Of a DNA stretch of 64,000 nucleotides, positions 30,811 to 41,773 are shown in pieces (position 1 is the first letter of the stretch; the number at the start of each line of letters is the position of its first letter). Where the stretch lies: contig CBDCEW010000098.1 in the NCBI GenBank assembly GCA_965215885.1, forward strand, positions 32,001 through 96,000, read 5' to 3'. Source of the DNA: Candidatus Moanibacter sp. GTDB taxonomy: Bacteria; Verrucomicrobiota; Verrucomicrobiia; Opitutales; UBA2987. The notes below the pieces were generated by a model. That model searched no databases. It was not told the DNA's origin and was given only the letters and a program-made list of their open reading frames with translations. A program made the translations under genes and the position numbers.

Positions 30811-31668
30811 TCCAAATTCTCGATTAGATCAGGACCACAGAGAGTTGAGCAGAAGGAAACAAAGGAGAAACGGAGAGAAAGATGAAAGAATTCTCATCCC
30901 GGCGAGCCGGGACAAAGACGCAAAGGGGGAAGAGGAAGAGTATGCCCACGGATGGCTCCGCAGTACCACGGATGGGGAATCAGTTGAACTTGGGTTGAAA
31001 GCCGACTTTTCTCCCTTCGCGAATTGCGACAAGGTTCGGGACAAGGCTTGCGACGAGGTTTGCTCGATTGAATGCCGAGCAGGCCTGCGGTGATCCCGCT
31101 GAGCGGGACGAACCCGCCTCGGCTAAATCACTCGACTCCTTCGACGTATGCTCAGGAAAAGCCCCTCGACATAAGCTTGGGAAAGGTTAGCTCGTCGAAG
31201 TACTTCCGAATCCGTCACCTGTGAGGAAATTCCTGATCAGACTGCGAAGTTTATAATTCTTCTGAATGCCCGGTATGACTTAGGCTCAGTTTCACCCGGT
31301 CAATCCGACAGAGACTGACCTTGTGACTGACGGGGCTAATTCCACTCCTATTGAGCCTACCTGCGAAAATTACATCACGGCGTAGTGCCGCCCTATGGCG
31401 GGGCGAAGACGGACCAACTTCCGGGATAGTTTCCTGAGCAAAAGCGGACCTGTCACGACGTTCCTCCCGACGAACCAGTGAAGCCGGAATGTGACTCTCA
31501 ATTCCTGTTTTACGAGCCATCTACCATGCCCTTTCATTTTTCTCTGTCTTCGAGGTAATCAAACAATTCGCAATCTGGCCCTTTCTGCGGCCCTTCTGCG
31601 GCCGGAATCGAATGTTAGAGATCCGTCTTACCACGCGCTTTAAAAGGGACTTTTGTGCGGTCCGGTTT

Positions 31669-32003
31669 TCAAGGAACCAATAATTGTGCCCAATTGACAA
31701 CGTTTGCAGCAATTTTGATCGCCTCGATGTGGTGCGCCTGTGTGGCTGGTGCGGTGAGGCCTGGGTAGCGCGCGAGAGTTGCATAAACAGTGAGCTTCCT
31801 GGCCTCGCGTACATCCGCTGGAATAGTCAGCCGTGTTGCTGGTAGACCGCCTTGATTGCGAACTCAGCGGCCTGCTGTGCCCAGTAGCATAAGTCTTCCC
31901 ACATTCCGCCCGCAGGCAACGATTGGCTTGTCAGGACCAGCTTCGCCTGCGCGCGCGCCAGCCAATCCTGAGGCGTTCCCGGAGCGGGGCTAGGAGGCGG
32001 CAC
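31669..32003 (-). pseudogene. HEPN-domain protein with an internal deletion/frameshift
   Basis: MPPPSPAPGTPQDWLARA...LCYWAQQAAEFAIKAVYQQHG* (stop 31827-31829). A second frame continues LTIPADVREARKLTVYATLARYPG...VVNWA. The central HDL segment is missing. Confidence 0.75.
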
Positions 32004-32343
32004 GGTACAATTCCTTTCCTTCAGACAAGGCCGCGTGGATGATCAAGTACGGGTTATCGCCGTGCCGTTCGACGTCGCTTTGCTGGACAACAACGATGTC
32101 CTTCGCGACCCCCAGGCCGCTCAAATAGCCGTGCAACTCTTGAGCTACCGCCAGGCAGTCACAACCGTCGGGCATGACTACCAGCAGGTCAAGGTCGCTG
32201 TGCGGCCCCATCTGACCGCGTGCGGCCGAACCGAACAGGACGATCCGCCGTGGATGAACACTCTCGACGGTGCGCTGGACCAACTCATCCAATACCTGAG
32301 CCTCCAGTTTGCCGTCGATGGTTCGGTGTTGCCGGTCGCTCAC
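31990..32343 (-). CDS. Minimal nucleotidyltransferase (MNT), partner of the HEPN gene
   Basis: IVLFGSAARG..SDLDLLVV motif; overlaps the HEPN start. Confidence 0.9.
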   Translation of the reverse strand: MSDRQHRTIDGKLEAQVLDELVQRTVESVHPRRIVLFGSAARGQMGPHSDLDLLVVMPDGCDCLAVAQELHGYLSGLGVAKDIVVVQQSDVERHGDNPYLIIHAALSEGKELYRAAS

Positions 32344-32694
32344 AGTGTCATTCTAAATCATTTGTTGGCCGTTCCAAGCCCGCTGTAAGGTGTTCTGCAT
32401 TCAAGTTGACCGCGGACCATTGGCAATTTAAGAATGGCGATACTGTAAGCTCAAGACCAAAGGGTATGCTCATTCGTGATTTCCCGTCGATCTTCTCTGC
32501 TTTCGAATTTAGATCACGATTATGATTCACGACGGAAAGATCGAACCGGTCCCCCTCTCCTCGTCTCCGCGTCCCCGCATCTCCGTTTCTCTCCGTTTCC
32601 GTCTGTTCAATTCTCTTCCCCATTCGTTGCTAACTCATACCTTTGGTTGCAGTTACGATGCGTTAGGACTCTCTCTGTCCCCTCTTCTGTTTCC

Positions 32695-33450
32695 CTACCG
32701 ATCTCCCGAAGCAACAGCAGGTTTAGCAGCAATCCAAAAGCGGCATTCATCGGAGAATTCTCTAACTTGCGGTGATTCGTTGGCGATCTGGGAGCGAAGG
32801 AAATCGCCTTCGATTTTGAAACCCGAAGCCTTCAAATCACGCCGAATTTCCTCGGTCAATGGGACATGAATAAAGTGTTTTCCATGGATTGTATCCTCAC
32901 ACCGGTCTCCAAACTCCTCTAACTCCTCCTTCTGCTTTCCATGGCGCCAGAGATGCTTTTCCTTCCGCCAGAACTTGCGATGGGCGGATATGGCGCGATC
33001 ATGAGTGGTGAAGACGAAGGAACCTCCCCTTTTCGTAATACGATAGATCTCCCCCATCGCGCGAAGGCGGTTCTCCCTTTTCGGAATGTGCATCAGCCCG
33101 TTGAAGCCAAAGATGACTCCATCAAATTTCTCCTCTGGAAATGGAAGATTCGTCGCATCCTCTACTTCAAACATGATCTCTGTTCGAAGTTGCCGTGCGA
33201 TACGTCGCGCCTCATGAATCATAGCGTTGGAAGAGTCGATTCCGGAAACGCTGCGAAAACCACATCGGTAGAGGCCGATAGCAATGCGGCCTGTCCCCGT
33301 GCCGAGGTCGAGAATGGTATCAGCGGGTCTGAAAACACGTAAGAAGACGAGCTTCTCAGACTTCCAAAGACCGATACTCGCAGTAGCCCGAGCGTATTGC
33401 CTGACCGTCCCTGCGTTACTAAAGTACTCTCTGATATGCTCGGGATTCAT
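32695..33450 (-). CDS. Class I SAM-dependent methyltransferase
   Basis: ILDLGTGTGR, DATNLPF and FDGVIFGFNGLMHI motifs. Confidence 0.9.
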   Translation of the reverse strand: MNPEHIREYFSNAGTVRQYARATASIGLWKSEKLVFLRVFRPADTILDLGTGTGRIAIGLYRCGFRSVSGIDSSNAMIHEARRIARQLRTEIMFEVEDATNLPFPEEKFDGVIFGFNGLMHIPKRENRLRAMGEIYRITKRGGSFVFTTHDRAISAHRKFWRKEKHLWRHGKQKEELEEFGDRCEDTIHGKHFIHVPLTEEIRRDLKASGFKIEGDFLRSQIANESPQVREFSDECRFWIAAKPAVASGDR

Positions 33451-33514
33451 GAGAGTGTGTGTGAATAGAGTTGCTTTTTATTAAGAGGACCCTTTATTTG
33501 AGCCACTTTTTTAA

Positions 33515-33829
33515 ATGAGAGCCACAATCAAAACCCAGGGGCGGCAATTCACTGTGAGTGAAGGCGATGTTCTTCATGTGAATCAGTATAAAAACTCCAA
33601 CGAAGGCGACGCAGTCACGATTAACGAAGTGCTGATGGTGGGCGATGGGAAAGATTCCCGGATTGGGGCGCCCTATGTCGAGGGAGCAAAAGTAGAAGCA
33701 AAGATTATTGAGAACAAGAGGGGCGATAAGGTCGTCGTCTTCAAGAAGAAAAGACGCAAAGGATACCGGCGTAAGAGCGGCCACCGGCAGGAACTTTCAG
33801 TCATAAGGATCGAATCGATAAAAGGCTGA
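33515..33829 (+). CDS. rplU: 50S ribosomal protein L21
   Basis: [10 protein letters not shown] and [16 protein letters not shown] motifs. Confidence 0.97.
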   Translation: MRATIKTQGRQFTVSEGDVLHVNQYKNSNEGDAVTINEVLMVGDGKDSRIGAPYVEGAKVEAKIIENKRGDKVVVFKKKRRKGYRRKSGHRQELSVIRIESIKG

Positions 33830-33849
33830 TACCGAGGAGAAATCAGGAT

Positions 33850-34095
33850 ATGGCACACAAAAAAGGGCAAGGCACCTCTAAGAATGGGCGCGACAGCGCG
33901 GGCAGGCGTCTCGGCGTCAAGAAATACGACGGCGAAGTTGTGCTCGCGGGAAATATCATTATGCGACAGCGAGGGACAAAGATGCACCCTGGCAAGAATG
34001 TCGGAATGGGCCGGGACTTCACTCTTTTCGCATTGTCCGAAGGTCGTGTGAAGTGGGACGGGGCCCATCGGCGGGTTTCGGTGGATCCCAACTAG
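33850..34095 (+). CDS. rpmA: 50S ribosomal protein L27
   Basis: [21 protein letters not shown] motif. Confidence 0.98.
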   Translation: MAHKKGQGTSKNGRDSAGRRLGVKKYDGEVVLAGNIIMRQRGTKMHPGKNVGMGRDFTLFALSEGRVKWDGAHRRVSVDPN

Positions 34096-34258
34096 CATCC
34101 TGTCGGACTTTATGCCTCTTTCGAAACATCTACTCGGTTTCATTCCGATAGGCTGCTAGAAAGGAATCTGTCGGTATCATCTTCGTCGGAATCTACATCT
34201 CTCACTAAAAATCCTTACCTTAGGTATGTTTCGAAAGATAAGTCCGACAGATTCCTAG
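34092..34258. mobile_element. Two tandem MITEs of the CTGTCGG-TIR family at the rpmA stop codon
   Basis: CTAG-CATCCTGTCGG...CCGATAGGCTG-CTAG, then GGAATCTGTCGG...CCGACAGATTC-CTAG. Confidence 0.75.
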
Positions 34259-34507
34259 GTGTTTGCCGTTCTTCGAGTCCATGTTTTGCTTGATTGCTTT
34301 ATGGTCTTAAAGTTTTCTGCAGATTTATTCGCAGGTCGGGGTTCAAACTGTCATCCGAAACCTCGTGCTTAGGATGATTCCATAATAAAGTGGCTGTTTT
34401 ACGCTTCTCTGACTGACCCGAATAACACGCACTTCTATAGCTTGACCCTCTACTGCAAAGATCGAATTTAGTATTCGATGTCCGTATAATTTGAGATTCC
34501 GCATCGA

Positions 34508-34939
34508 TTGAAGATTACCCTACAGGAACTTCGGGAGCAAAAGGTGCTCCTCGAGAAGCAACTCGCCTGGCTGAACGCGAAAATTGCCGAGTTCGGAGAA
34601 GAAACTGAAACTGTTTCTCCCACCCAAGCGGTCGAGCAGCCTGTGCCTGTCCTGGCGGAGAGCGAAGTTGCCCTACCGGAAGCAGAACTCGCTCCTGAAG
34701 TCGAATCGATCACGCCCACGGAAGAACCCTCCGTTGTTCCTGGTGAAGATGCCTTTGCCCTCGGAACAGGCGCCACCGCTGCCGACACTAAAAAAGGGTG
34801 CCTCATGATCACGGTAATCGCTACGGCTTTGGTGATTCTATTCGGTGTGCTGCTCTACATGTTCTATCCCAGTTGGGACGAGGAAGAGGCGAAAAGGAAA
34901 CTGAAAGTCGACGAACAGGAAGAGAATGCCAGGAACTAG
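34508..34939 (+). CDS. Hypothetical membrane protein (coiled-coil N-terminus, acidic linker, one TM helix)
   Basis: KKGCLMITVIATALVILFGVLLY TM segment; abuts the next gene. Confidence 0.75.
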   Translation: MKITLQELREQKVLLEKQLAWLNAKIAEFGEETETVSPTQAVEQPVPVLAESEVALPEAELAPEVESITPTEEPSVVPGEDAFALGTGATAADTKKGCLMITVIATALVILFGVLLYMFYPSWDEEEAKRKLKVDEQEENARN

Positions 34940-35887
34940 ATGAATGTGCTAATAACAGGAGGCATGGGTAATCTCGGTTCTCGCCTTCTTGTTAATCTTG
35001 TTCAGCGAGGTGAAAGAGTCGTCCTATTCGACATCCAGGAGAAACCGCTCGTCCCTTCCCCCGAATTTGAACAGACTGAATTTTTCAAAGGGGATATCAC
35101 ACGGATCGAAAGCGTTCTTGAAGCGGTCAAGACTCACCAGATAGATATTATTTTTCACCTGGTATCCATACTCTCCGCTCAGTCCGAGAGAGATCCGGAA
35201 CTGGCGTGGAACGTCAATATGCAGGGAACCCGTAATGTTCTGGAAGCGGCACGTCGGGAAGGACTGAAGAAGGTGCTCTTTTCGAGTTCGCTTGCAACCT
35301 ACGGAGCAGGCAATCCGGAGCCACTGACAAACGACACTCCCATGTGGCCCGCTTCTCTATATGGCGTAACAAAAGTAGCGGGCGAATGCCTGGGCAATTA
35401 TTACCACAGCCGCTTTGGACTCGACTTTCGTGCCGTCCGTTTTCCAACTCTGGTCGCTCCAAAAGGGGCGATGGGCGCGGCCAGTGCATTCTGTTCCGCA
35501 ATTTTTGTGGAAGCGGTTAAGAATGGATGTTTTGAATTCAAGATCAGACCGGATTGCACTTTCCCGCTAATTTACATCGGCGATGCTATAAATGCATTCA
35601 TGCTCCTGTTCGACTGTCCACAGGAATCGCTGAGAAGACGCATTTACAGCGTGCATGGTCTCGGACTCTCCGCCGAAGAATTGGCCGCATCCGTAGTGAA
35701 GCGAATGCCCGAAGTGAAGATTACCTACGAGCCGGACCCGATGCTCACTTCGATAGTCGATAGCTGGCCGCGTCTGATCGACGATAGTGAAGCGAAAGAG
35801 GATTGGGGCTGGGAGGCGTCTTATGATCTCGATCAAATGGCGGACGAAATCATCGCTACATTGCAAAGGGAAGAGGCGGATGCATGA
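34940..35887 (+). CDS. Extended SDR NAD-dependent epimerase/dehydrogenase (L-threonine 3-dehydrogenase-like)
   Basis: TGGMGNLG, ILSAQSE, SSLATYG, YGVTK, GLDFRAVRFP and IVDSWP motifs. Confidence 0.85.
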   Translation: MNVLITGGMGNLGSRLLVNLVQRGERVVLFDIQEKPLVPSPEFEQTEFFKGDITRIESVLEAVKTHQIDIIFHLVSILSAQSERDPELAWNVNMQGTRNVLEAARREGLKKVLFSSSLATYGAGNPEPLTNDTPMWPASLYGVTKVAGECLGNYYHSRFGLDFRAVRFPTLVAPKGAMGAASAFCSAIFVEAVKNGCFEFKIRPDCTFPLIYIGDAINAFMLLFDCPQESLRRRIYSVHGLGLSAEELAASVVKRMPEVKITYEPDPMLTSIVDSWPRLIDDSEAKEDWGWEASYDLDQMADEIIATLQREEADA

Positions 35888-37079
35888 GCTTTATCGAGAA
35901 TCCATAGAAAAAGCGGTTTGGAGTCACGAGAACCGTCGCAGCGTCTTCCACATCAAGGAGGAAGACGTTATCACGGCACGCCTCTATGCCTATGCCTATC
36001 GGTCACAGACAATCGGCGCCTTTCATGGTTGTCGCGAAGCCCTTCGCGGCACGCCCGGGTTAGCCGCACCTGATTATCACCACGGTCAAGAGGCAATAAG
36101 ACTACTCCAGGAACTCCAGGATCTGGGTACACTGGAGGTGCCTGAGGACTTTCGCGCTCTCATTTTCACGCTCTACTATTACGATCACAAGGTTAAGCAA
36201 GTAGTGGCACAACTGAAAGGATTGGCCCACGAAACCGAATCTGAAGATATAGAGCGGATAATAGCGCACTTCGAAAGGAATCTTAGTCGCATAACCGAGA
36301 GCAACGGAATATTCATGGCCCGGGATGATGTTTTGCCTGACCAGGGCAGCTTTATCGTACCAAACCTCGGTATAACAATCGTTCCTTTGATCTATGGCGA
36401 CCATCACTCCTGGAACTCATCTCATCTTCCCGGTAGATGTATAGGCGTCACCAATCACCGCCATCAGCAAGGGATCGAAATTCACCTCGGCTACTCGCCT
36501 ATGCACGGAATCACAATGCTCGACGGGTATCGCACCGAGATTCGGGAAGGCTATGCCATGCCCATTCCGGTGATGTCAGATCACGGTCTCGACAACCTTT
36601 CCGAAGATGAACACTGGGTGCCTTTTATTTTCGGTTCCAAAACTCTCAGCGGATGGGGAGTCTTTTTCGACGTGGAACCGCGCCCGGTGAATGTGGCGAA
36701 TCTCCGGGAAGTCCCCCTCGAATCAAACGAAATGCGAAACAGCGTATACATCGAGAGGGCAATCGAAGAGAAGGCAACTACCGCCGGAACCGAGCGAGAG
36801 ATTGTCATCCCGGCCTCTGCCACCGCTTCAGGGAAAGTCGGCGCCCTCGAACTGGGCGTTGCCAAAGTCGATGATTCCGGATTCACCCTGACCTGTGATT
36901 CTTACAAGATCCTATCGGTCGTTAGAGGAAAGGGATCCATAGAAATCGGAGGGAGAAGGCAGACCTTGAACGTGCACGACCACGTGGGAATACCTGCCAA
37001 CGTCGATTCAAGCATCGATCGACAAGGCGAAGAGCCGCTGGTGATCCTTGATGCCGTTATCCTGGACGATCCGACCTAG
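35880..37079 (+). CDS. Uncharacterised protein with a predicted metal-binding cupin domain and a second C-terminal cupin-like domain
   Basis: NHRHQQGIEIH (HxH-x4-E-like) and SDHGLDN; C-terminal VVRGKGSIEIGG..DHVGIPA. Start overlaps the SDR stop (ATGCATGA). Confidence 0.7.
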   Translation: MHELYRESIEKAVWSHENRRSVFHIKEEDVITARLYAYAYRSQTIGAFHGCREALRGTPGLAAPDYHHGQEAIRLLQELQDLGTLEVPEDFRALIFTLYYYDHKVKQVVAQLKGLAHETESEDIERIIAHFERNLSRITESNGIFMARDDVLPDQGSFIVPNLGITIVPLIYGDHHSWNSSHLPGRCIGVTNHRHQQGIEIHLGYSPMHGITMLDGYRTEIREGYAMPIPVMSDHGLDNLSEDEHWVPFIFGSKTLSGWGVFFDVEPRPVNVANLREVPLESNEMRNSVYIERAIEEKATTAGTEREIVIPASATASGKVGALELGVAKVDDSGFTLTCDSYKILSVVRGKGSIEIGGRRQTLNVHDHVGIPANVDSSIDRQGEEPLVILDAVILDDPT

Positions 37080-37167
37080 GAACAAATGGTTGAGTCTTAA
37101 CTAAATCGGGGCCATCCCGCTGAGCGGGATCACAGAGCCGTCTCCGCTGCGCCGTGCCAAGGGAAGC

Positions 37168-37349
37168 CTAGCCCGAATATTTCACAAACCTTCTACTACG
37201 ACCGCGGATCTCGATGCGTCTCAAAGCCTTCCCTTGCCCGGCGACCTCAGAGGGTTCCAACACGCTGTCGACCGCCGTGCTGCGGAAAAGCTTTGATACG
37301 CAGCAATCTACGCAATCTCGCTACGAAATGTGTGAAATGTCCGGGCTAG
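37168..37349. mobile_element. CTAG-flanked MITE of about 180 bp (TIR CCCGRA.ATTTCACA), copy 1
   Basis: CTAGCCCGAATATTTCACA...TGTGAAATGTCCGGGCTAG; homologous to 44928-45116. Confidence 0.85.
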
Positions 37350-37522
37350 CGCACGTAGCCGCGATCAATTTGGAATATCGACGCACGAAAAAGGGGCCAC
37401 GGATGGCTCCGCAGTAGCACGAACATCCTTCGCACGGGTGGATCGGGCGCTACGCGCACGATGATGCTTGAGCATCAACAGGTTATATGTGCGGCTCAGG
37501 TGCGCTACGGCATCCTCGCCCC

Positions 37523-37547
37523 ATCGCGGGATAAACCCGCTCCTACA
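37523..37547 (-). repeat. GTAG-type REP (TGTAGGAGCGGGTTTATCCCGCGAT)
   Basis: GTAG tetranucleotide followed by a GCGGG/CCCGC hairpin. Confidence 0.65.
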
Positions 37548-38000
37548 ACCTGACGGTGATAGATGCGGTGAATTGGACTCGCCGAAAAGAGAGGGTGGAG
37601 CAGCCAATCCTTTGTCGTAAGCTTACGATGAAGTTTTTCTGGGGGATAAAGGTTCGACTAGCTCACCGCATGCCTACTCGAAACTCATTCCAGCAAACCT
37701 CGTCGCAAACCTTGCCGCGAACCTTGTCGAAACACGCATTGGGAACTATGTCAGTATCGAATGTCAGTATCGAATTCAGGTTCAACGGGACGATCCGCAA
37801 GCTTGTCAGGTGCATGCAGGAATCAGATTTCATGTCTTCGTCGTCAATCCCTCCGAGCGGGATCGTAAGCTTTGTCGACAAGGTTCGGGACGAGGTTACC
37901 AGGGAAGTAGGTGTTTCCTTCGCAATTCGATCAAGAAAACACTCACCATCAACCGATTCGCAGCTGGATCGAGCAAACCTAGTCGCAGTGAGAAGACCCC

Positions 38001-39078
38001 TCAAACCGTCGTATTGGGATAGCTTCCCAACCATTTTACCATCGAACAGGTCTTCTCAAGTTCGGCGACGGCCTCAACCACCTCGGGATCATTATTATGC
38101 CCGACGATGTCAATGAAGAAGTAATAGTCCCACAGTTTCCGGCGGCTCGGCCTCGATTCGATCTTACTGAGGTTGACATTTCGTTCGTCGAAAGGCGCCA
38201 GCGCTTTATGCAGCGCTCCGGGCTCGTCCTTAAGCGAAAATACATAACTGCTTCTGTCGAAAACACTTACCGTGTCCGAGACCTTCGGAGGAGGCTCTGC
38301 CAATTACGAAAAATCGAGTGAAATTGTCAGTCTTATCCTGAATATTTTCGGCCACTACCGGGACGGAGTAACTCTCTGCCGCGATTTTGCTCGCGATAGC
38401 GGCCGTCCCGGGATGCGATTTAGCGAATTGAACCGCCCCGGCTGTGCTCTCTGTTTCGATGCGATCAGTGCCCGGCAACATACGACCGAGCCATTGGCGA
38501 CACTGTCCCAACGCGTTATCCTTGGAATGGACGGATCTGATCTCACCGATGGGAGATTCTGAAATGAGACAGAGCGAGATTTCCAAAAAGATCTGCGCGA
38601 CAATTTTCAAGTCCGTCTCCACGAACATATCGAGTGAGTCTTCCACCGACCCTTCAGTGGAATTTTCAATCGGAATTACTCCGTAGTCGGCCTCACCTCT
38701 CTCGACCGCGGAAAATACATCCGCAATCGTACGCATTGGGAGATAGCGCAGACTGGAGCCGAAGTTCTTCACCGCAGCCTGTTGGGTATAAGTTGCTTCC
38801 GGACCCAGATACGCCACCGAAATTTGCTTTTCCAGAGCAACGCCCGCGGAGATGACTTCACGATATATCGAGCGAATCGCCTCTTCATTCAAAGGACCAT
38901 CGTTGATATCCACGAGTTTCCGAAACACTTCCTCTTCACGGCTCGGGACGTAAACCTCCTGGCCGGTCTGCTCCTTAATCTTACCTATCTCGCCGGCAAG
39001 TTTCACGCGAGTATTGAGCAGCCTGATAATATCGCGGTCGACTGCGTCGATCTGATTACGTATCGATTCGAGATCCAT
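38001..39078 (-). CDS. pheA: Chorismate mutase/prephenate dehydratase, split by a +1 frameshift at about 38257-38265 before the ACT domain
   Basis: CM domain (IRNQIDAVD), [17 protein letters not shown] and NFTRFFVIG in 38230..39078. The ACT domain ([32 protein letters not shown]) lies in the +1 frame. Confidence 0.9.
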
Positions 39079-39083
39079 TTAAC

Positions 39084-39827
39084 TTAGCGTTTTTCCTCCT
39101 CAGGTAGTCCCATATCCGCGTCCGAAAGCTCTTCTTCATGGGCGGAAACACGCCTGATCCATTCACCTATCTGGTTGGGCGAAAGCACATCTGAGGCGGG
39201 CAATTCCTCAATTGAGCTCAAGCCGCACAATTCGAGAAACTTCTTCGTTGTCCCATACTGCAAGGGGCGTCCAGGCAAGTCTGCCCTTCCCGTAACACGG
39301 ATCAATTCATTCTCCAGGAGCGTGCTCAATGCGCTGTCCGAGGAAACCCCGCGTATCGATTCAATCTCCGCCCGGGTAATCGGTTGCCGGTAGCCAATGA
39401 TAGCAAGAGTCTCAGTCGAAGCGGGGCTAAGTTTCCGCGGTCTCGGTTCCGCTCTGAGTAAACGGATCCACTCTGCATAAGCAGGGTTAACGGTGATTCG
39501 GTAGCCGCTCGGACCTTGCACGAGACGGTAAACCGCGTTGTTCTCGGTTAATTCCTGCATAATTGACTCCATCGCATCTCGGATCTGCGTCGCGGTCAGC
39601 AGTGATGGAACCTGGTCGATCAGTTCTTGCATTACGCCCTGCCCATCCCGGTCACTCAGGTTATGCCCTTTCAACGGCTTGCTTTCTGACGACGGAGTGG
39701 ATTGCCCTTCTCTATCCTCATGGTAGCGAGTAATAACAGCCTGTACATCTTTTATGGAGAGCGGTTCGGCGGTAGAAAAGAGCAACGCTTCAAGAGTATT
39801 CTTTAAGTTGAAATCCATATCGATCAC
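39084..39827 (-). CDS. scpB: SMC-Scp complex subunit ScpB
   Basis: LEALLFS, ETLAIIGYRQPITRAEIESIRGV and PGRPLQYGTT motifs. Confidence 0.95.
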   Translation of the reverse strand: MIDMDFNLKNTLEALLFSTAEPLSIKDVQAVITRYHEDREGQSTPSSESKPLKGHNLSDRDGQGVMQELIDQVPSLLTATQIRDAMESIMQELTENNAVYRLVQGPSGYRITVNPAYAEWIRLLRAEPRPRKLSPASTETLAIIGYRQPITRAEIESIRGVSSDSALSTLLENELIRVTGRADLPGRPLQYGTTKKFLELCGLSSIEELPASDVLSPNQIGEWIRRVSAHEEELSDADMGLPEEEKR

Positions 39828-40037
39828 GAAGATTCGCTTAGGAATCCGTGCTCAAGTCAACACCGTGTTTAGCGTGAATGCAAAATCCTAAGTCCGATAT
39901 TTGCTGGAAAGAAAAAGAGGTTGTGTTTAAAGAATGAAAACATGACAGTAAAGAAGGCCTTAAGATGGAGGTTCGGGAGCCACCAGGCAAGCTTCCAGTC
40001 GCACCACAGGAACGGCAAATCTCAAAAGCAAAAAGCT

Positions 40038-41732
40038 GTGAACCGAGAAAACAATACATTGAGAAAATACTCGTCAATTCTCGTTGACGGTGATGATCGC
40101 GCTCCCAACCGCTCGATGTTGAGAGCGGTCGGCTTCAGTGATGAAGACTTCCGCAAACCAATAATCGGCATAGCGTCAACCTGGAGCATGGTCACCCCGT
40201 GCAACATGCACATCGACGAACTGGCCAGGGAGTCGGCAAAAGGGGCCGACGAAGCTGAAGGCAAGTCGATTATCTTCGGCACCATAACCGTCTCCGATGG
40301 AATTTCAATGGGCACCCAGGGAATGCGCTATTCCCTGGTTTCGCGAGAAGTCATAGCTGACTCCATAGAGACAGTAGCGGGCGCAGAGGGTTTCGACGGA
40401 TTAGTCACAATTGGGGGTTGCGATAAGAACATGCCCGGCTGCCTCATGGCGATCGGAAGGATGAATCGCCCAGCCGTTTTCGTATATGGCGGCACCATAT
40501 TACCCGGAATTCACAAAGAAAAACCTGTTGATATCATTTCGGTCTTCGAAGCTGTTGGCCGTCACGCCAATAGCGAGATTGATGATGAGGAACTGAAACA
40601 GATCGAGTGTGCCTCCATACCGGGTCCGGGATCCTGTAGTGGTATGTATACGGCAAACACAATGGCTTCAGCGATCGAGGCCTTCGGAATGAGTTTGCCA
40701 AACAGTTCCACTTATCCCGCCGTTTCCAAGGACAAGCGTATTGAGTGCGCGCTTGCAGGTGCTGCCGCCGTTAACCTCGTGAAATCGGGTATCTGCCCGA
40801 GGGACATAATGACCAAAGAGGCTTTTGAGAACGCGATCACCGCGGTGATTGCGCTGGGAGGTTCAACCAACGCAGTCCTCCATCTTCTTGCTATCGCCCA
40901 CGCTACGGAAGTGCCCCTTACGATCGACGATTTCGACCGGATTGGAAAGAACGTTCCCGTGTTGGCCGATCTGAAACCGAGTGGAAAGTATAATATGGCG
41001 CACCTTTCCCGAATCGGTGGAATGCAACCGCTCATGAAAGTGCTTCTGGATAATGGGCTCATTCACGGTGATTGCCTCACCGTTACGGGAAAGACGGTTC
41101 GTGAAAACCTCGAAGACGTACAGCCATATTCGGAAGATCAGGACGTCGTCTACCCGCTCAGCAATCCGATTAAGCCCGACAGCCATCTCCTCATACTCTA
41201 CGGCAACCTCGCACCGGAGGGTGGGGTCGCAAAAATCTCCGGCAAGGAAGGGCTCGGATTTACCGGCAAGGCGATCGTTTTCGAAGGCGAAGAGGATGCC
41301 CTGGCGGCTATCCTGGACGGAACCGTTCAGGAGGGACACGTCATTGTGATTCGGCAGGAAGGGCCAAAAGGAGGTCCCGGCATGCGCGAGATGCTCGCAC
41401 CTACCTCGGCAATCATTGGACGCGGACTGGGTGACAAGGTAGCCCTCATAACAGACGGACGATTCTCCGGAGGCAGCCACGGCTTCGTGGTCGGACACAT
41501 CACTCCGGAAGCGGCTGTGGGAGGCCCCCTCGCAGTAATCGAAGCCGACGATCCTATTACGATCGATGCCGAGAAACGCGAAATTAACCTCGATATTCCG
41601 GAGGAGGATTTGAAGGAGCGCCTCGCCAACTGGCAACCCGAACCTCCCAAAGTCAAGCGTGGCGTGCTGGCAAAATACGCCAAGCTGGTCTCCTCGGCGA
41701 GCTTCGGCGCTGTTACCGACGATGCTCTTTAG
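40038..41732 (+). CDS. ilvD: Dihydroxy-acid dehydratase (start uncertain, 40038-40059)
   Basis: [38 protein letters not shown] and TDGRFSG motifs. Confidence 0.97.
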   Translation: MNRENNTLRKYSSILVDGDDRAPNRSMLRAVGFSDEDFRKPIIGIASTWSMVTPCNMHIDELARESAKGADEAEGKSIIFGTITVSDGISMGTQGMRYSLVSREVIADSIETVAGAEGFDGLVTIGGCDKNMPGCLMAIGRMNRPAVFVYGGTILPGIHKEKPVDIISVFEAVGRHANSEIDDEELKQIECASIPGPGSCSGMYTANTMASAIEAFGMSLPNSSTYPAVSKDKRIECALAGAAAVNLVKSGICPRDIMTKEAFENAITAVIALGGSTNAVLHLLAIAHATEVPLTIDDFDRIGKNVPVLADLKPSGKYNMAHLSRIGGMQPLMKVLLDNGLIHGDCLTVTGKTVRENLEDVQPYSEDQDVVYPLSNPIKPDSHLLILYGNLAPEGGVAKISGKEGLGFTGKAIVFEGEEDALAAILDGTVQEGHVIVIRQEGPKGGPGMREMLAPTSAIIGRGLGDKVALITDGRFSGGSHGFVVGHITPEAAVGGPLAVIEADDPITIDAEKREINLDIPEEDLKERLANWQPEPPKVKRGVLAKYAKLVSSASFGAVTDDAL

Positions 41733-41773
41733 GAGTCGATGGAGAAGTATCCGGTGGAAAAGAAATCGCAAAT

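Noticed and set aside
31251..31540. Small ORF or riboswitch downstream of HEPN
   Set aside because: No recognisable protein motif, and no SRP, cobalamin, TPP or SAM consensus.
38254..38270. Intron-like GTAAGT...TTTTCGACAG at the pheA break
   Set aside because: Removing these 17 nt enters the wrong frame (EAVMYF), and bacteria lack spliceosomes.
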